A stretch of DNA of 64,000 bases, from contig JAWMAR010000032.1 of NCBI GenBank assembly GCA_036785375.1, positions 10,230,001 to 10,294,000 on the forward strand, written 5' to 3'. The translations under genes were made by a program, and so were the position numbers. The DNA is from Leucoraja ocellata. Taxonomy: Eukaryota. The notes under the pieces were generated by a model. That model was not told the DNA's origin. It saw nothing but the letters and a program-made list of their open reading frames with translations, and did no database searches. Shown in pieces: positions 38,930 to 52,315 of this stretch. Every line of letters begins with the position of its first letter. Positions within the stretch are counted from its first letter, which is position 1.

Positions 38930-39510
38930 TCATAAATTCATAAGTGATAGGAGCAGAATTAGGCCATTTGGCCATCAAGTCTATTCCATCATTCAATCAT
39001 GGTTGATTTATCTTTCCCTCTCAAACCCATTTCCTGCCTTTTACCCATAACCCCTGACACCTTTACTAATCAAGAATATATCAATCTCCGCCTTAAAAAT
39101 ATCCATTAACTTGGCCCCCACAAACTGTGGCAATGAATTCCACAGATTCACCACCCTCTGTAAAGAATTTCCTCCTCATCTCTTTCCGAAAGGTATGTCT
39201 TATTCTGAGGCTATGGCTTCTGGACCTAGAGTCTCCCACTAATTGAAACATCCTCTCCACATCCACTCGATCCAGGCCATTTACTATTTGGTAAGTTTCG
39301 ATGAGGTCCCACCTCATCCTTCTAAACTCCAGTGAGTGCAGGCTCTGTACCATCAAATACTCATCATGTTAACCCAATTATTCCTGGGTTCATTCTCGTA
39401 AACCTCCTCCAGACCCTCTCCAGCAACAACACACCCTTCCCCAGATATAGGGCCCAAAAATTGCTCACAATGCTACAAATGCGGTCTGACCAGTGCCCTC
39501 TAAAGCCTCA
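38930..39510 (-). mobile_element. CR1 LINE 3' fragment
   Basis: SLEFRRMRWDLIETY...SRSRSHSLRI; CR1 3' UTR hairpin. Confidence 0.85.
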
Positions 39511-41374
39511 GCCTGTTTTTATAATGGATGTTAAACAGAAATCCAGGAACCACAGCCTAATTGCCTTGGTGAAACAGAAACTGATGTGATGCTAGAACTC
39601 ACCCATTCATACCAAAACATCATTGAAAAGGAACTATAATGAAATAAGCAGTAGACTATATTTTCAACAGAAGCAACTCATTGAAATTGTGCTATCTACA
39701 ACCAGTTTCTACAAGCCTCAGAAGAGACAGATGGTAGCAAATATTAGTTTGTATTGAATCATACAATTGTACAGCATAGAAATGGGCCCTTCAGCCAATG
39801 CTGAATGTGATGCCTATCTATGTTAATCTCATTTGCCCACATTAGTTTATAGTTTAGTTTAGAGATACAGCATGCTGACCAAGTCCGTGCTGACCAACAA
39901 TTATAAATTCAGTAGTTCTATCCTACACACTCGGGACACTGTACAGAAGCCAATTAACCCACAAACCCCACACATCTTTGGAATGTGAGAGGAAACCGGA
40001 GCTCCCAGAGAAAACCCATGAGGTCACAGGAAGAATGTACAAACTCCATACATACAGCACCCGCAGTCTGGATCGAACCGGGTCTCAGGTGCAGTGAGGC
40101 AGCAACTCTACCGCTGCGTCACTGTGCTGCCCCTATCGCTCCATGAGCCCCATATCACTCCATGCCTCTCCTATCCAAGTACCCGTCCAAATGCCTTTTA
40201 AACATTATAACTGTGCCTGCCTCGAGTACCTTCTCTGGCAGCTCGTTCTAGGTAACCACCAAGAAATTTCCCCATCAGATTACATTTTTTCCCTCTCACC
40301 TTCAGCCTTTAGCCTCATCTGTAGACACCCCTGCTCTGGAATAATACTGATGATCTATCCTTTCTGCTAATGTCATAAACCTTTAAAAGATCACCACTCA
40401 GCCTGCTATAGTTCATTAAGAATAAATCCAGCTCATCCAATCTATCCTTATAACTACAGGTCTCCAGTCCAGGCAACATCCCGGTGACTCTCTTCCACAC
40501 TCTCTCTCTATTGCTACACATCCTTCCCATGGTGTGGAGACCAGAACTTTACACAATACTCTTACGTGCAGCCAAACCAGTGTTTTGTACAAATTTCAAT
40601 ATGACATGCCAATTATAACCCTGACTATTTATGAACCGGGACTGTTGTCCACATATTATTTTTGGTACTTGGAGCATAACCGCCCATTTTGTAATGAAAT
40701 AAAATAAAAGCAATTGGCATTTGGTCACTCCAATTATAACTACAAGCGTTTCCCTATTGTGAGAAATATTGAATGAAGATATTCAGTCCTTTCAGACCAG
40801 CAGGATTTATTGGAGGAACTCCACTAACTCTGATCACCAGGATGATGAATGAAAATCATTCAATAACCAGATTGAATTGTAATTAAAACACAACAGCAGA
40901 CTTAACTCACTTAATTTTATGATTCAAAGCACTAATTTTCAAATGTAGAGAAAACTCTTAATTTTAATAACGTCATAGCCATAGTAATTTAACAATCCTG
41001 TTGCATTTTCATGCATCCTTGTGCAACTAATTATTTTTTCCAATATTAATTATTGGAAATATTACTTTAACTGCAATTTATCTCTCAAGTATCAATTTAC
41101 TCGGATGGGAGCACATCAGACTGTGAAAGCTGTAAGTCTGAAGCTGATTTTGTGACACAGGCTTTCACTGTGTCGCACAGTAATTGTGATCGTAGGGTGC
41201 ACATACTGAACTGAAGAATGTTCTGCTTCACTGCATGCATTAAGCAATCATTAATACCAAGCCTCGAGGACAAGACCAGAGTGAACCCTTCGCTGTATCA
41301 GCCGTTCCACACTGGCTCCAGAAAAACACGTTTTGAATTCCATCTTTCATCTCACATGTCTGCCTCGGGCAAGA

Positions 41375-41712
41375 CCACCATCATAATCAAGGAAGAGTCT
41401 CACTCCCTCTTCTTCCCTCTCCCATCAGGCAAGAAGTACAGAAGTGTGAAAATGCACACCTCTAGATTCAGGGACAGTTTCTTCCCGGCTGTTATCAGGC
41501 AACTGAAGCATCCTATCACCAACTAGAGAGCGGTCCTGACCATTCATCTACCTCATTGGAGACCTTTGGGCTAGCGTAGCCTATAATCGGACTTCCCTGG
41601 ACTTAACTTGCACTAAATGTTATTCCCTTTATCCTGTGTCTGTACACTATGGACGGCTTGATAGTAATCATGTATAGTCTTTCTGCTGACTGGATAGCAC
41701 GCAACAAAAAGA
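41375..41712 (+). mobile_element. Rex1/Babar 3' fragment; similar pieces at ~270-452, 15015-15305, 30595-30850(-), 32140-32290, 34100-34425, 48700-48842, 56220-56482(-)
   Basis: IIKEESHSLFFPLPSGKKYRSVKMHTSRFRDSFFPAVIRQL followed by a shared 3' UTR. Confidence 0.8.
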
Positions 41713-42629
41713 TTTATATTTGATTGTGTGCACGTTATCAGATGCCTCCCACTAAACTACCTTGCACAATCCTGATGGAAGAGATGGGGAACTCAGGGCC
41801 ATGGCCCAACGTGTCAATAAATCTAAAGAAGGGTCCCGACTGTCTGAGTGTCTGGCACTGTGAGGCAGTGACTCTACCGTCTCGCCATCATGCTGCAGAT
41901 CCATGTTCTCCAGAGATGCTGCCTCACCTGCCAATTTACTCCTGCACTTTGTGTCTTTTTTGTAAGCTAGCATCTGCAGTTCCTTGTGTTTCCATGGGTT
42001 ACTTCCATGCCTTGTCTGTTTAACAATGTTTACGCAAGAGGTCTGGGTGTAACCCAATAACTGAGCTTTGATCTCAGTACTACACTTTACAAAATCCGAC
42101 AAGTGCTAATGAGGCAAAGTGTCAAATCATGCATTGTAATACATTCAAAAATGACTTGGACTTTTTGCAGAATTCAGTCAGAGTCGATAAAGAAAATTAA
42201 ACCTGAGGATTAACCTTTTAACACAAAGGTCGTTGAGGCAGGTACTATCAACATTGTTTAAGAAACATTTGAATGGATACATGGATAGGACAGCTTTCTT
42301 CAGTGACTGCTGTACCTGTATGCTTACCTTCAGTGACTGATGTACAAGGACACCCAGGTCTCGTTGCACCTCCCCTTTTCCTAATTTGACACCATCTACC
42401 TACTTGTTCTTCCCACCAAAGTGGATAACCTCACATTTATCCACACTATACTGCATCTGTCATGCTTCTGTGACCCAACCTACCCAAGTCACTCTGCAGC
42501 CCCATAGCATCCTCCTCGTAGCTCACACTGCCACCCCAGCTTTGTGTCATCCGCAAACTTGGAGATGTCACATTTAAGAAGGGAACAAACTGTGACCACA
42601 GAGCAAATATAGTTTGGAAATTAATGAGA

Positions 42630-42945
42630 TCAATGGAAATGTGGTGATGGGACAGAGGCAGAATGAGTGGGGTAATGTTATAAGGATAAGGCAGTGATAT
42701 ATAGTGTGATAATGTTATATGGATGGGGCATGGATAGACAGATTGTGATAATGTTATCAGGATGGAACAGGGACATTGAAAGTGTGATGTTATAAGGGTG
42801 GGACAGGGACATGGAGAGTGTGATAATGTTTTACAAGGGGGTAGGGACAGAGAGAGTGCAATAATGTTATGTCTGGGGCAGGGAGAGACAGAGTGTGATA
42901 ATGTTACCAGGGTGGGGAAGAGATAGACAGAGTGTAATAATCAGG
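42630..42945. repeat. Degenerate ~37-39-bp minisatellite, about 8 units
   Basis: Repeating AGTGTGATAATGTTA...GGGGCAGGGAC.GACAG. Confidence 0.85.
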
Positions 42946-43109
42946 ATTGCCCAGTTGAAATTTCACTCACCTTCGCATGGAAAACCTATACACAGAAATT
43001 GACTGTTAATAACTACCTTATTAAAATTAAAATGAGCAAAAAGCAGCTACTCAGAAGTGCCAATATTAAACAAGATAACAAGATATTTGACACATTGAAG
43101 TGTACATAC

Positions 43110-43255
43110 CGGGAACTGACTGTGGCACACATGAGTACATCGTTCAGCATGAACAGGCGGCGCTCTTTGGTTTTCACCATCTCTCCTTTTTCATTGTAAA
43201 CCGTCTCCATCATGTCATCCGATCTTATGAGGTATCTGTTTCCACTACGGAGAAG
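43110..43255 (-). CDS. ARHGEF10: ARHGEF10 coding exon (PH-like region)
   Basis: acccag|CTTCTC...TCCCG|gtatgt; 146 nt; LLRSGNRYLIRSDDMMETVYNEKGEMVKTKERRLFMLNDVLMCATVSS(R); RYLIRSDDM favours ARHGEF10 over ARHGEF10L. Confidence 0.96.
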
Positions 43256-46200
43256 CTGGGTCATATTGGGAAACAGGATGTAAGTTACGTATATGTACAC
43301 ACACTCACACGCTTTATGCCATGTATAAACTATAGCAGCCTTAGCTGTGACAATGCTTTGGCATGACTTGGAATGGGCAATTGAGTGACTAGAGAGGACA
43401 CCAATGAATCTCCATGAAAGAATCAATAGGGTAAATGTACAGAATCTTTTACCCAGAGTAGGGAAATTGAGAACCAGAGAACATGAGTTTAAGGTGTAGG
43501 GGAAAGATTTAATAGGAACATGAGGGGCAACTTTTTTTATACAAAGGATGGTGGGTATATGGAACGAGCTGCTGGAGGAGCTCGTACTATCACAACATTT
43601 AAGAAACACTTAGACAGGTACATGGATAGGATGGGAAAAAAGGTGTTGGGCCAAATGCAAACAGGTAAGACTAGTGCAGATGGGGCATGTTGGTTGGTTG
43701 GTTGGTATGGGCAATTAAATTACAAACCTGCATGTCTTTGGAAGGTAGGAAAAAACTGGAGCAGCCGGAGAAAACCCACGCAGTCACAGGGAGAACGAGC
43801 AAACTCCACACAGACAGCACCTGAGGTTAGGGTCAAACCAAGGTCCCTGGTGCTGTGCGGCAGCAACTCTGTCACAGTGCCCCTGTGCTGTCTGGGAGGA
43901 CAGGGAGCCGAGAGCGAGGGACACAGAGGAGTCACGGGTGAGCATCCACTACTACAACTGCAGGGGAGAAGGAAGGTGCCACATTTCCTGAAGAAAAAGA
44001 ACACCTCAGATGTGCCATAGTAGCTCTGCTCTCAAGATGGGGCTTTCCACTCTCTGCTGGAGGTGCAACATCTGTCCTTATATTTCCTCTCCCCTCATTC
44101 CCATCACCCAGTTCCTATCCCTTCCTCTGCTTCCCTCATCCACATCATCCTACACAGGATCCTCCAGTTTTCTTCACCAACCATCTGTCCCTCTGGTTCT
44201 ATATTTCACTCCCCAACTTCCTTCCTTATTAAATTCCACCTTCACTTATCACCCCTAGCCTTTGTTACTATCTCTATCCCCCAAACTGAATCATCTGTCA
44301 TTCAACCCCTCCTCACCTGGAATCACCTATCACTTACTAGCTCTTGCCCCATCCCTTCCTCACACCTCTTTCTCCCCGTTATCTTCATCAGTTGTGAACA
44401 AGGTTTTCAACCTGAAACGTCATCTGTCCATTTCCCTCGCTGCCTGGCCTGCTGAGTTCCTCCGAGCAGCTTGTTTTCTGCTCAAGATTCCAGCATCTGG
44501 AGTCTCTTTTTACGACCTCTTACACTCTCCTCTCCTTTCTTCCCCGAAACTCTGTACTGAACTTCTGGGGCTCACAGATCCTGCGCCGACTAAATACGGG
44601 GAAATCTCAGAAGATTAAGCTATGCTGCTGAACTTCAGGATGAGACCAGCTCTGGAACTTATTGAAACCCATGTTATTAACAGTTACTGCAGCTTTGCGA
44701 TTCTCTGTGTGCAGCTATTTCGGACCCTGGCTTTGGCTAGCTGGACCAGGTATGCACCAACATTAAAGTAACATTGGGACCTCAATCTGACTCTACCACC
44801 ACTCTTGACAGCATGTTCCAGGCACCCACCACAGCCTCAGCATCAGCAGTTCCTTCCTACACATTGGGACCTCAATGACCGGCTTATATTTCGGCAGCAA
44901 GGTTATTAGCTAATAAAATGCTAATTCAGCAGTTTTACAAATATAACAGGGGCTGAGAGTTTGCAACCTCAGTACTTTTTTCATTTTTCATTTGAATAAT
45001 CAATAGAGGGAAACAGGAAATTCATTTTCTTTTTCCTTCAATTGATTGTTCGATTCATTATTCTTGGTTTCAGTGAAGATTGATTAAAGGAAAACTCTGG
45101 TAATTCGCGTGAAAGACTTCACGATTCCACAACTGAACATTTGCCTGCATCGTGGAGAAACCTGAAGAAGCAAAAGATATGCCGACATGAGTTGGGAGTG
45201 GATTGTGGGCAAAACTTAATTTGCATCGGAGAGGGTTTAATGTAGCAGCCTTAAATGATGAATAAAACGCAGGCACATGACAGCCAGTTACAAAGCTAAT
45301 TTACGCCCGGGTACAAGTCCAGATATTTCGGCCCCCAGGCACAAAGGGGGAGACAAAGGTTGCAGTAAATGAACTGAACAGGCACGCCCTTCCAAACTCA
45401 CAATGTACCTCAGACAGCTAGAATTAGGACTTCCCGCAACCCGAAACATCACCAACTGACCTGCAACACTATGGCACTGCAGGTTCTGGTGTAATTATGT
45501 GTTGGTGATCTCAGGTCCATGATCACTATCCCATTCTTTAGACTTCAGCCTTGAGAAATACGGCATCGAAACAGACCCTTTGGCCCACCAAGTCTGCACC
45601 GACCAGCAATCACCCCCCCCCCCCCACCGTACACTAGCACTATCCTACACACCAGGGACAATTTTACAATTTTTACCAAAGCCAATTAACCTACAAATCT
45701 GTACATCTTTGGAGTGTGGGAGAAAACCAGAGCACCCGGAGAAAACCCATGCGGTCATATGGAGAACATGCAAACTTCATACAGGCGGCACCCGGAGTCA
45801 GGATCGAACCTGAGTCTCAGGCGCTGGAAGGCAAAAACTCTACTGCTGTGCCTCCATGCCACCACATTTTACTGTGGGAAATCCCCCCAAACGCCATCTG
45901 CTGGTCACAAGATCCCGAGCACGCAGGAATGGAGCAAGCCAAGTGGTTCAACTGCTTGCGTCAGATTCTGCAGTTCAATCAAAAAAAGACACAAAGTGCT
46001 GGAGTAAAGCAGCGGGTCAGGCAGCATCTTGGAGAACATAGATAGGTGACGTTTGCTATTCATGTTCACCAGAGATGCTGTCTGACCTGCTGTTACCCCA
46101 GCCCTTTGTGTCAATTTTTGTAAACTAGCATCTGCAATTCTTTGGTTTTATAGTTCAATTTGTCTGTTCCCAAAGGCTACATCCAGCTCTAACATTAGCT

Positions 46201-47445
46201 TTCCAATAAAAGGTACCATTGGAAATGTTTTGCCTCCTGATTTAAGCAAAGTATATAAATTAAATTAATTCCCAGGAAAAAAATGTTTACATGTTTTAGG
46301 TATTATTTTGGTAATCATTGGTTTTAGATCATTCCCAAAGCAAAGCCTTGACAATATAACAGATAACAGTCTATTAAGAGTGAGAAGCAGAGAGGTGCCT
46401 ATTTATCTTTTATCCCTATTTTTAATTAAATTCCTGTCTGCTGAAAGGCTGCTTCAGAAGTAACATAGAAGCCGGATTCAAATTAACAACTAAAGTAAGT
46501 CGACAGGCTCTCATGACTTCAGGCAAGAAATTACTGACAGAATAAATCTATCAGTTAGCATAGATGTCAGCATAATCTCTTTAAAACTGTCTCACACCAT
46601 TTCACAGGGTAATCCTCTCATAACCAGACGCAGCAAACTCTAGAGACTCCTTGAAAGAACATGTTTTTGCTGATATAAATACAGTAACAGCCGGTTCTTC
46701 ATCTTTCATCCAGATCGATGTCAAGGATGCCACAGTCCGGGAGTTCTCCCCAGAGACCTGCTCAATGTTTATCCCTCTCCTGAGTTTATTGATCACTGGG
46801 TGATTTATTTTTCATCAAGGTTCGGCTCCTTGCTGTGCAATAATTGGCTATCACAGTCCTCACATTAAAATGGTACGTGCTTTAAAGGAACATCCCACAA
46901 AATGGGCGGCACAGTGGTGCAACGGTAGAGTTGTTGCCTTTCCCTCCATGGGTTTTCACCAGTTTCCTCCCACACTCCAAAGATGTACACAGGTTTGAAG
47001 GTACAAAGAACTGCAGATGCTGGTTTTTACCAAAGTTAAACACAAAGTGCTGGAGTATTTCAGCAGGTCAGGCAGCAACTCTGGAGAAAAAGGATAGGTG
47101 ACCTAATTGTCTTTAGAAAAAAAATGGTAAAATTGTCCCTAGTGTGTAGGATAGTGTTAGTCTATGGGGTGATCGATGGTTGACATGGACTTGGTGGGCT
47201 GAAAGGCCTGTTTCCACACTGTATTTCTAAACTAAACTAAGTAAAAGTTGGAGTACCAATCCTTGCTTTCTATTTATTTACTCTGCCAAGGGGTAAATTA
47301 GCACACAGGTGTCTATGAGGAGTACAAAATATATAGAAATATAAATGTAAATTCATTTCATGATTTATGCATTTCACTGAAGAAACCTTCTTCCGCAATA
47401 TTCAATTTTAAGTAAAATTGGCAACTTTAATTTCTGGTCATTGCA

Positions 47446-47624
47446 ATGTGTAGGAAAGAACTGCAGATGCTGGTTTACACCGAAGAATGCTGGAGCAACT
47501 CAGAAGGTCGGGCAGCATCTCTAGAGAAAAGTAATAGGTGACGTTTCGGATCAAGACTTTTCTTCAGACCAAGCTCCAGAGATGCTGCCTGACTCGCTGA
47601 GTTACTCCAGCATTTTGTGTCTAT
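47446..47624. mobile_element. Palindromic Penelope-pLTR-derived element
   Basis: Inverted arms; TSD TCATTGCA at 47438-47445 and 47625-47632. Confidence 0.83.
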
Positions 47625-48996
47625 TCATTGCACTCCATTCTGAATTGAAGTTGAATTGCCTTGAATGGGTGGTTTCTGAATTGCAGTATTTCATGTAACT
47701 CAATGAACATAGGTGTGGAAAATCTGTGAAAAAGCGGAGCCACTTGTGCCAAGTTGCCTCTGGTCTTCATCTTACTCATTAGCACAGTTCAACTGATGAT
47801 TATTTAGGACATCAGTAGTGATAGTATTAGAAGTCCGGGATTATTTTTCTGCTGTTGATGATATTGTGTCGTACTTATGTATCACTCATTTACTCAACCA
47901 TGGACGCTGATCGGATCCAGATGGAAGGGATTGTTTTATTATGAAGGGAGCTTTTCACTATAGAATCATCAATAAATATCCATGTTCCCACATCTAAATA
48001 TGGTATGGTTGAGAATATTGCATGGAATTATGCTTCAGTGCTTGAATGAAGCACTTTAGAAGCAGCCATCTCGACCCAAAATGTCACCTATCCATGCTCT
48101 CCAGAGATGCTGCATGACCAGCTGAGTTACTCCAGCATATTATCTCCTTTTGTGTAATCCAGCATCTGCTGTTCTTTGTTTCCACCTATTACTTGCCAGT
48201 TTTTGCCGCATCCCTATCACTCTTTTCCAGCTTTTTCATCCCATCTCCATCAATCTGAAGAAGGGTCTGGATCGGAAACACCCATCCATTCCTCCCACAG
48301 ATGATGCCTGACCTGCTGAGCTCCTCCGGCACTTTGTTTTTTCACTCAGTGAAAAAGGACCAAGTCAGGTTCACAGCTTCACAACGACAGCCAGATTCAA
48401 TCCTAGCTTATAGAGGCCACCTAATGTTCATCTCCATCCAGTCGTTTCTCTCGGTGTGTGAGCTTTGTGCCCAGACATGCAGTTGACAATCAAAAATGTA
48501 AAAATGTTCACAAATTATCCTCAGTCTGTGCAGAATCTGACATCTACTGGGAAGAACCGGAGTTGCAGCTTCGTGAATCTCAGCCAGTGAGGATGCCAGA
48601 ACCGCCAATTAGTTCACTGCATCTTCATTTGGAAATTACTGCTAAATGTCTCTCAGTTAAAGGTAACTATTATTCATAACTGATGGAACAAAATTCCCTT
48701 CATTCCCTATATCTTGTATCTGTACACTGTGGGCAGCTTGATTCTAATCATGCATAGTCTTTCCTCTGACTGGATAGCAGCAACAAAAAAAAGCTTTTCA
48801 CTGTACCTCATTACACGTGACAATAAACTAAGCTAAACTAAAAATAGGGCGGCACAGGGGCACAGCTGTTAGAGTTGCAGCCTAACAGCGCCAAAGACCT
48901 GGGTTTGATTCTAACTTTCGATGCTGTTCTTGTGGAATTTGCACATTCTTCCTGAGTGCGAGGATTTCCTCCCACATCCCCCTAAGACCAAAGACC

Positions 48997-50497
48997 GCAG
49001 CCAGCCTGATCACCCAGTTGCTAAGCACTTTAACTCCCCCTCCCATTCCCACACTGATCTATCTCTCCTGGGTTTCATCCATTGTCAGAGTGAAGCCCGA
49101 CGCAAATTGGAGACAATAGACAATAAGTGCAGGAGTAGGCCATTTGGCACTACGAGCCAGCACCGCCATTCAATGTGATCATGGCTGATCATCCACAATC
49201 GGTACCCCGTTCCTGCCTTCTCCCCATATCCCCTGATTCCCCTATCTAGCTCTCTCTTGAAAGTATCCAGAGAACCAGCCTCCACCGCCCTCTGAGGCAG
49301 AGAATTTCACAGACTCACAACTCTCTGTGAGAAAAAGTGTTTCCTCGTCTCCTTTCTAAATGGCTTACCCCTTATTCTTAAACTGTGGCCCCTGGTTCTG
49401 GACTCCCCCAACATCGGGAACATGTTTCCTGCCTCTAGCGTGTCCAAACCCTTAACAATCTTATATGTTTCAATAAGATACCCTCTCAACCTTCTAAATT
49501 CCAGAGTGTACAAGCCCAGCTGCTCCATTCTCTCAGCATATGTCCCACCATCCTGGGAATTAACCTTGTGAACCTACGCTGCACTCCCTCAATAGCAAGA
49601 ATGTCCTTCCTCAAATTAGGGGACCAAAACTGCACACAATACTCCAGGTGTGGTCTCACTAGGGCCCTGTACAACTGCTGAAGGACCTATTTGCTCCTAT
49701 ACTCGACTCCTCTTGTTATAAAGGCCAATATGCCATTTGCTTTCTTCACTGCCTGCTGTGCCTGCATGCTTACTTTCATAGACTGATGAATAAGGACCCT
49801 CAGATCCCTTTGTACTTCCCCTTTTCCCAACGATGCCATTTAGATAGTAATCTGCCTTCCTGTTTTTTATACCAAAGTGGATAACCTCACATTTAGCCAC
49901 ATTAAACTTAATCTGCCATGCATCTGCCCACTCCCCCAACCTGTCCAAGTCACCCTGCATTCTCATAGCATCTTCCTCACAGTTCACACTGCCACCCAGC
50001 TTTGTGTCATCTGCAAATTTGCTAATGTTACTTTGAATCCCTTCATCGAAATCATTGATGTATATTGTAAATAGCTGCGGACCCAGCACCGAGCCTTGCG
50101 GTACCCCACTAGTCACTGCGAGGAACAGCACCTCATATTTGCTTGGGCAGCTTACAATTTTGGAATATGAATATTGATTTCTCTATCTTCAAGTAACCCT
50201 TGCATCCCTGTCTCTCCATCCCTCTCCCATCCCAGTTCTCCAACTAGTTCCACCGTCCTTCTGATTAAATTTGCTGATTGTATTATTTCGTTGTCATCTT
50301 CCTCATAGCTAACAATCTAACATTTCTGTGGTCATTGTCCCTTTTGACCTGTGTTTTCACACCTTACCCTTCCATATCTCTATCTCTCCCTATCCCCTGA
50401 CTCTCAGTCTAAAGAAGGGTCTCGACCCGAAACGCCACCCATTCGTTCTCTCCAGAGATGCTGCCTGTCCCGCAGAGTTACTCCAGCTTTTTGTCCC
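48997..50497 (+). mobile_element. Penelope 3' fragment (GIY-YIG end + pseudo-LTR), split by a CR1 and inserted in a SINE
   Basis: PDHPVAKHFNSPSHSHTDLSLLGFIHCQSEARRKLE resumes as EEQHLI at 50120; pLTR at 50400-50495; CCAAAGACC at 48988-48996 and 50498-50506. Confidence 0.85.
49113..50119 (-). mobile_element. CR1 LINE 3' kilobase inserted into a Penelope fragment
   Basis: [33 protein letters not shown] with frameshifts; (TATTGTC)n-like tail; GAG duplicated at the junctions. Confidence 0.92.
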
Positions 50498-50887
50498 CCA
50501 AAGACCTGTGCGTTAATTGGCCTTTGTAAATTGCCTCTGACATTAAGGGAGTGGACTTGAAACTGAAAACCAGGGTAAACAGATTTTGTAGACTGTTTTT
50601 AGCTTACGTTTTTAGCCAAAGTCCAAAAGCATGTTTGCTGCATCAGGTTGAGAGGATTATCTCCTGAAATGGTGTGAAGCAGTTACAAAAAGATTATGTT
50701 GACTTCCATGCCAGCTGACAGATTCAATCCCAGCAATTTCTTGCCTGAAGTCATGAAAGACTATTGACTTGGTGTTAATTTGAATCTGGCTTTTCATTTA
50801 TTTTGCTGAATGGTCACCGTGGACTGGATGAGTCGAAGTACCTGTTTCCATGCTGTGCATTTGGATCAGTCAAACCTAAAGTTGTAC

Positions 50888-51058
50888 CTTGTTCAAGTAA
50901 CGTTCATTCATGGCTTTTGCGATCTGTTTCATTTCACATCGCTGATCTGCTTCCCGCTTCTGCTCGTTTAGTTTCTCGGCTAATGTTTCCAGTTCAGTGA
51001 GTGCCATCTGGAGAGGGAGTCTGTCGGGATGTCCCCGTGGGGTGTTTCTCAGCATGTC
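50888..51058 (-). CDS. ARHGEF10: ARHGEF10 coding exon (end of DH domain)
   Basis: ccccag|GACATG...AACAAG|gtacaa; 171 nt; [57 protein letters not shown]. Confidence 0.96.
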
Positions 51059-51469
51059 CTGGGGAAAGCAATCAACAAACACAGAGTCACGCGGAAGGCA
51101 GGTTTAGGAGTACCCCGCTTTATAACTGGATTATTTATGTTTGATTTTGGTAACATTCATGAGGATCACAAAACTGCTTTGATCCAGTATGGACAAATAA
51201 TGCCAAAACAAATCACCACCAAATTTTACGGGATTGGAAATGTAAATCATTGGCATATTGAAGAGTGGCAACTATTAAGTTTATGATGTTCATTCATCAC
51301 AAGGTTAATGAATGGTGGTGGTTCTACGGAAGAGCAATGGTCTTACTGAGGCACAAGAGACTGCAGATGATATAATCTTAAATAAAAGGGGAACTGGTGG
51401 AGGAACTCAGCAGGCCAGGTAGCATCTGCGGAGGGGAAAGAACAACCATGTAGGGCGGAGAGATCCAGG

Positions 51470-52315
51470 AGTGCAGGCACAGTGTTCTCTGAAAGCAGTG
51501 TCACAGGTAGATAGGGTGGCCAAGCAGGCTTTCAGTCAGCATATCAAGTAAAGAAGTTGGAAGCTAGACACAAAAAGCTGGAGTAACTCAGCAGGACAGG
51601 CAGCATCTCTGGAGAGAAGGAATGGGTGACCTTTTGGGTCGAGACCCTGCTTCAGCCCATTCCTTCTCTCCAGAGATGCTGCCTGTCCTGCTGAGTTACT
51701 CCAGCATTTTGCGTCTACCTTCGATTTAAACCAGCATCTGCAGTTCTTTCCTACACATTGAAGTTGGAAAGTTATATTACAGCTGTACAAGATGTTGGTG
51801 AGGCGGTATTTGGTGTACTGTGTTCAGAATTGGTCACCCCGCATTAAGAAAGATGTCATTATGCTGGAAGGAGTACAGAGAAAATTTATGAGGATGTTGC
51901 CATGACTTGAGGGCCTGAGCTATAGGAAGAGTTTGGGCAGGCTAGGACTTTATTCCTTGAAGCACAGGAGGCTGAGGGGTGATCTAGAAGAGGTGTATAA
52001 CATCATGAGGGGAATAGATGGTGTGAATGCACAGAGCATGTTATAGAGTAGGGGGATCAAGAACTAGAGGACATAGGTTTAAGGTGAGATGGGAACAATT
52101 TAATAGCAACCTGAGGGACAACTTTTTCACATTGCGGGTGGTGGATATATGGAACGTGCTGCTAGAAGAGGTAGTTGAGCCAGGTGCTATAACAACATTA
52201 GAAAGATACTTGGATGGGTTCATGGATAGGAAAAGTTTAGAGGGATATGTGCCAAATGTGGATAAGTGGGACTAGCTTAGATGAGAAAGTTGGTCTGTAG
52301 GGCTGGTTTCCATGT
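51470..52315 (+). mobile_element. CR1/HER1 LINE 3' fragment interrupted by a palindromic element
   Basis: LQLYKMLVRRYLVYCVQNWSP-like sequence; GGSRTRGHRFKVR...FFTLRVVDIWNVL. Confidence 0.82.
51563..51759. mobile_element. Palindromic Penelope-pLTR-derived element
   Basis: Near-perfect ~60-bp inverted arms; TSD GAAGTTGGAA at 51553-51562 and 51760-51769. Confidence 0.87.

Noticed and set aside
41141-41180. Small hairpin TGTGACACAG...CTGTGTCGCA
   Set aside because: A 10-bp stem with one wobble is expected by chance in 64 kb.
42630-42945. Possible CRISPR array (conserved core with variable linkers)
   Set aside because: The linkers are homologous to each other, the context is a vertebrate intron and there are no cas genes; it is a minisatellite.
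43013-43609. 198-aa ORF as a single-exon gene
   Set aside because: Only 43110-43255 is coding; the rest is intron and antisense CR1.
51563-51759. Palindromes as miRNA precursors or DNA MITEs
   Set aside because: High copy number, variable-length TSDs, an asymmetric tail and continuity with Penelope sequence point to a retroelement origin.
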